DNA of 64,000 nucleotides from Cyanophora paradoxa CCMP329 (taxonomy: Eukaryota > Plantae > Glaucophyta): positions 186,001-250,000 of the forward strand of contig QPMI01000432.1 of assembly GCA_004431415.1 (NCBI GenBank). Direction: 5' to 3'. The position numbers and the translations under genes are program-made. The notes under the pieces were generated by a model. The model ran no database searches. It was given only the letters and a program-made list of their open reading frames with translations, and was not told the DNA's origin. Positions 60,649 through 64,000 of the stretch are shown here, piece by piece. Each line of letters begins with the position of its first letter. Within the stretch, counting starts at the first letter, position 1.

Positions 60649-60720
60649 TTCCGGAACAATTGACAGTTCTTCCGGAACTCTAGATCGTTTTTTCGGAACT
60701 CTAGATAGTTCTTCCGGAAC
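60649..60720 (+). repeat. CACTA subterminal repeats TT(C/T)CGGAAC phased at 21 bp
   Basis: Copies at 60649, 60670, 60691 and 60712. Confidence 0.85.
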
Positions 60721-61856
60721 TTTATTTTTGGCATTTCGGGGGACAGCGGAACTTAACGTTAAATCCATATAATTGTTCTAAGAAATGCCAGGTTTTTAGT
60801 ATGCAGAACTTGGCAAGAATTGTGTTCCGAAAGTGGTTTTCTTTTGTGTTCTAAGCTTTCGGGAACGGGGATGTTTCTCCTAGTGAAGACGCCGGCCGGG
60901 CTCACTGCTATCTCGGCTAACCCGCCGCGAAACTGGCCGATTAACGTTCCTCTTCGAATTCGTGTGGCCCTGGCTGCGCATGCAGGAAAATCTCGTACCG
61001 CATCCGCGCGATAGTGAACATCAAATATGTATTAAAAGGCATCCTATCGCATATTAAACGCTTCACTTCTGCGCCAATCGCTTCTCCCAAGTTTATTAAT
61101 TATAAGCGAAATTTAAATCGTCCAGAAACATAAAGCAGGTCAAGCAACAAGCTATTTAAGCACACTGACTCACTCTAGATCTTCTGAATGCTCCGATCCC
61201 GATCATCGGATCGGCTGATCATGAGCTTTAATTTTCACATCGTACGCGTGCCGCGCACATGCGCAGTGCCCATGCATATGGCCACTGCCTAGGGCCTGCG
61301 ACGCGTACGTATACGCGCCGCGTACGGCGCCGCGGCGCCGACGGCCGGCGCCGGCGCCGGCCGCGGCCGCGCGGCCGCAGCTGCAGATATATATATATCG
61401 ATCCGGAAGCTCATATATAATTATATAATCAAGGCCTAGATCGATATCCATGGCGCATACCGCATATGCATGCGCAAAGCTGCCGTATACCACTAGGGGG
61501 GCCCCCCCCAGTCCCAATAGCTCGGAATCAGATAGTCTTACGGTTTCGGAACAAAGAACTTCCCAAATTCTCCATACTGGAAACTTCGTATCTCTGGGAA
61601 CTAATGATCAACTCGAACAATTAGTTTTGTAGCCCATGGAGATCCCAAGTCAGGAGTCCCGAGAGAAATGGCAATTGTTCGGATAGCAATAGCAATTGTT
61701 CCGACGACAAAGAGAAGAGTTCCCAGAGAAGCCATAAATAGCAGGCTCGCGCACCCGGGCGCCCGCGCCCCCGCCCCGCGCACCCTGCCCTGCAGCGCCG
61801 GGGGTTGCCATGCATGAATACTGCAATTGCAACACAGCGCCGCCCGCGGCCGCGCA

Positions 61857-63523
61857 CTATCTAGCGCTAGCACTGCGGAGGAGGGAAAGGAGGGCCTTGG
61901 GCCAGAAGACCACTCGGCCTTCCAGCCCACTGAACTTAGTGAGCTCTTCGTTGCCAGGTAACTCCGTGATATCCTCGGGGATCTGCACGCTAGACGTGAA
62001 TGAACTGAATAAACCTCGAGGGGAGTGACAGAGCTACCTTTCTGCCCAGCACGTCCTCGTCAGCTTTGCCTTCGGCCAGCACAACCAACTTGACGACTTC
62101 CGAGGGCTCCTCAGCTTCGCCCAACTGAAATGGAGTCAGTATGTGGCCCAACTGAAGAGGGGTACGGCGTTTAGCTATGAAGCTAGCGCCCCGATCGGGG
62201 CCCGCGCGAGGGGGGTACGCCCTCACCAGCGCCTTCGGACCAAGGGACCCCAGCTACCGGGGGGTACCTTGTCCGAAGACGCCGGCGAAGGCGTACCCCC
62301 ATCGGGGGCCCGGAGGGGGCGGGCGAGTAGGGGCATCTAGAGCTAGTGCCCGATCGGGGCCCGCGCGAGGGGGGTACGCCCTCACCAGCGCCATCGGACC
62401 AAGGGACCCCAGCTACCGGGGGGTACCTTGTCCGAAGACGCCGGCGAAGGCGTACCCCCATCGGGGGCCCGGAGGGGGCGGGCGAGTAGGGGCATCTAGA
62501 GCTAGTGCCCGATCGGGGCCCGCGCGAGGGGGGTACGCCCTCACCAGAGCCATCGGACCAAGGGACCCCAGCTACCGGGGGGTACCTTGTCCGAAGACGC
62601 TGGCGAAGGCGTACCCCCATCGGGGGCCCGGAGGGGGCGGAGCGGAGGCAGGGCGGGGTAGGGCATCTAGATATAGCTAGGAGGGTGTACTGCGGGGGCG
62701 ACGGGGGGGGGGGGGGGGGGGGGGGGAGGGGGGAGGTTCATCTTGGCCCGTACCTTGGGCACTAGAATGCCGATGCCGACGAAGAAGAACCCCTCGTCGA
62801 CGACGTAGACGTCGATCTTGGCGACGAAGAGCCGCACCTTGAGCCCGTCCTTGAGGAAGGGCAAGATGTGAGCGACTTTCAAGTAGCCCACAGGTTCCTG
62901 TGCGTAAGTCAAATTCAGATTGAGGGGGAAGCGTTAAGGCGCGCAGCTAGACAGATAAGGTGAGCATCGCACCGTTTCGCAACAGAGGAAGTCGGGTGCA
63001 GCAAGGGTCAAGGTCTTGACCGCCGAACCGCAGTCTGCGGGCTGCCTCCTCCTGCGGCGCTTCCGCGCGGGCTAAAACTGCACGTCAGACTCGTTGAGAA
63101 ATAGGCGGGGGCAGTACCTCGAGCTCCTTGAACACCGGCGCGGCTGTCGCCTCCGGAACCGCGGCCGCCGCCTCGCGCTTGTCGCCCATGTCCTGCGCAA
63201 CGACGATCACTCTTCGAGCGCGGAGACCACGACGCTCACACAAGCGAGCGGAGACCGCAGGGCTGGAGCGCTCACTCAAGCGAGCGGCCGGATGGACTCA
63301 ACGGAACAGACGAGCGCACGTCCACCGACCGCTCCTGCGCAACATGTTCAGCGCAAAGAGCACATAAAACGACCGCGGCGCCTCCCGACGGTTGCCGGTC
63401 GAACCTTGCGAGGAAGCCGCCCGCTTCTAGGAGCGCTCTGGGAAGCACCGCGGAAAATGCCGCTCGGCGCTCGGCGAGGAAGCTGCCCGCTTCTAGGAGC
63501 GCTCTGGGAAGCAACGAGCACAT
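61857..63523 (-). pseudogene. Paralogous decayed TNP1-like gene in the second CACTA element
   Basis: EPVGYLKVAHILPFLKDGLKVRLFV...FFVGIGILVPK|LGEAEEPSEVVKLVV...|IPEDI...GLEGRVVFWPKALLSL. Same intron positions as copy 1; in-frame TAG near 63073 where copy 1 has AAG. Confidence 0.6.
62181..62670. repeat. Intronic tandem repeat, 159-bp unit, 3 near-identical copies
   Basis: CGATCGGGGCCC at 62192, 62351 and 62510. Confidence 0.92.
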
Positions 63524-64000
63524 GAGCGCTCGGCAGCCCGCCGGGGACGGGCCGTCGGACCTGGTCTGTTCAAAACCCGGCTGCAGCCGACTGCCGCGGC
63601 TTCCCTGCGCGAGAGCAAGGCACAGCAGCTCGCTAGAGGTCCCTAGACGCTGCTCGAGCGCGAGTTAGGTGCAGGTTGGGCCGCTATTTGAAGCTGCTGG
63701 CCGTTAGCGAGGATCTACGTATACCCCGGACCAGCCGGATACCCTGGCCTGGCCTACAGCTAGCCAACGGCCGACGGCCTACAGCAGCCCGCCGCCGGAC
63801 GTCAATCGGTGAACGCGGCCACGCGCCTTTGAACTGACCCCACCACACAGATTCCACGACGCGCTGCCGTGCGTGCCAATGCGCTTGCGCTCGTATCGCA
63901 GCATTTTGCTCTCTTTTTCATAGAAGTGCTAATACGGTGCATAGATATACGCCTGCCTCGTCGTGGCCTTCGGGCGCTCGATTTGATCCGAGTCTGTCAC

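Larger units (their letters stand above)
55235..60885 (+). mobile_element. Complete non-autonomous CACTA (En/Spm) element, 5651 bp
   Basis: Starts CACTA (55235), ends TAGTG (60885), 3-bp TSD AAG on both sides. The two ends align further as CACTA-N7-CAnCCCCnTTCCCGAAnGCTTAGAAC. Subterminal TT(C/T)CGGAAC repeats; no TnpD transposase ORF seen. Confidence 0.9.
61491..64000 (-). mobile_element. Second CACTA element of the same family, inverted, runs off the window
   Basis: Begins CACTAGG at 61491 with a related subterminal block. 61860-64000 is a diverged reverse-complement homolog of about 58168-60480. Confidence 0.85.

Overview
GC-rich, intron-dense eukaryotic nuclear DNA. Introns are mostly 50-130 bp, often with CTGAC branch points. 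Plastid transit peptides with an early Phe (AFVGA, MLAFALP) plus a flagellar CFAP77 gene suggest a flagellated glaucophyte such as Cyanophora (inference). About 19 spliced genes lie in 1-52.9 kb: cytosolic SerRS (partial), minor-spliceosome SNRNP35, plastid-targeted iPGM, a catalytically degenerate TatD fused to a YVH1/DUSP12-type zinc domain, CFAP77, pirin, an RBR E3 ligase, a C-terminally clipped S41 protease, a plastid SAM methyltransferase, an Elongin-C-like fragment, a CaMK-type kinase, NOC2, a coiled-coil protein with Stm1-like motifs, a GATA factor, a candidate Ig-fold/TPR regulator and several hypotheticals. Many introns use GC-AG. Mobile DNA includes a head-to-tail Helitron-like dimer (2 x 1603 bp) and a hAT-type MITE with an 8-bp TSD that carries a poly(A) retro-insert in its TIR. 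There are also two related CACTA (En/Spm) elements lying tail-to-tail; one is complete (55235-60885, AAG TSD), and both carry a decayed spliced TNP1-like gene with intronic satellites. Gene models were read by eye, so exon boundaries and some starts are approximate.
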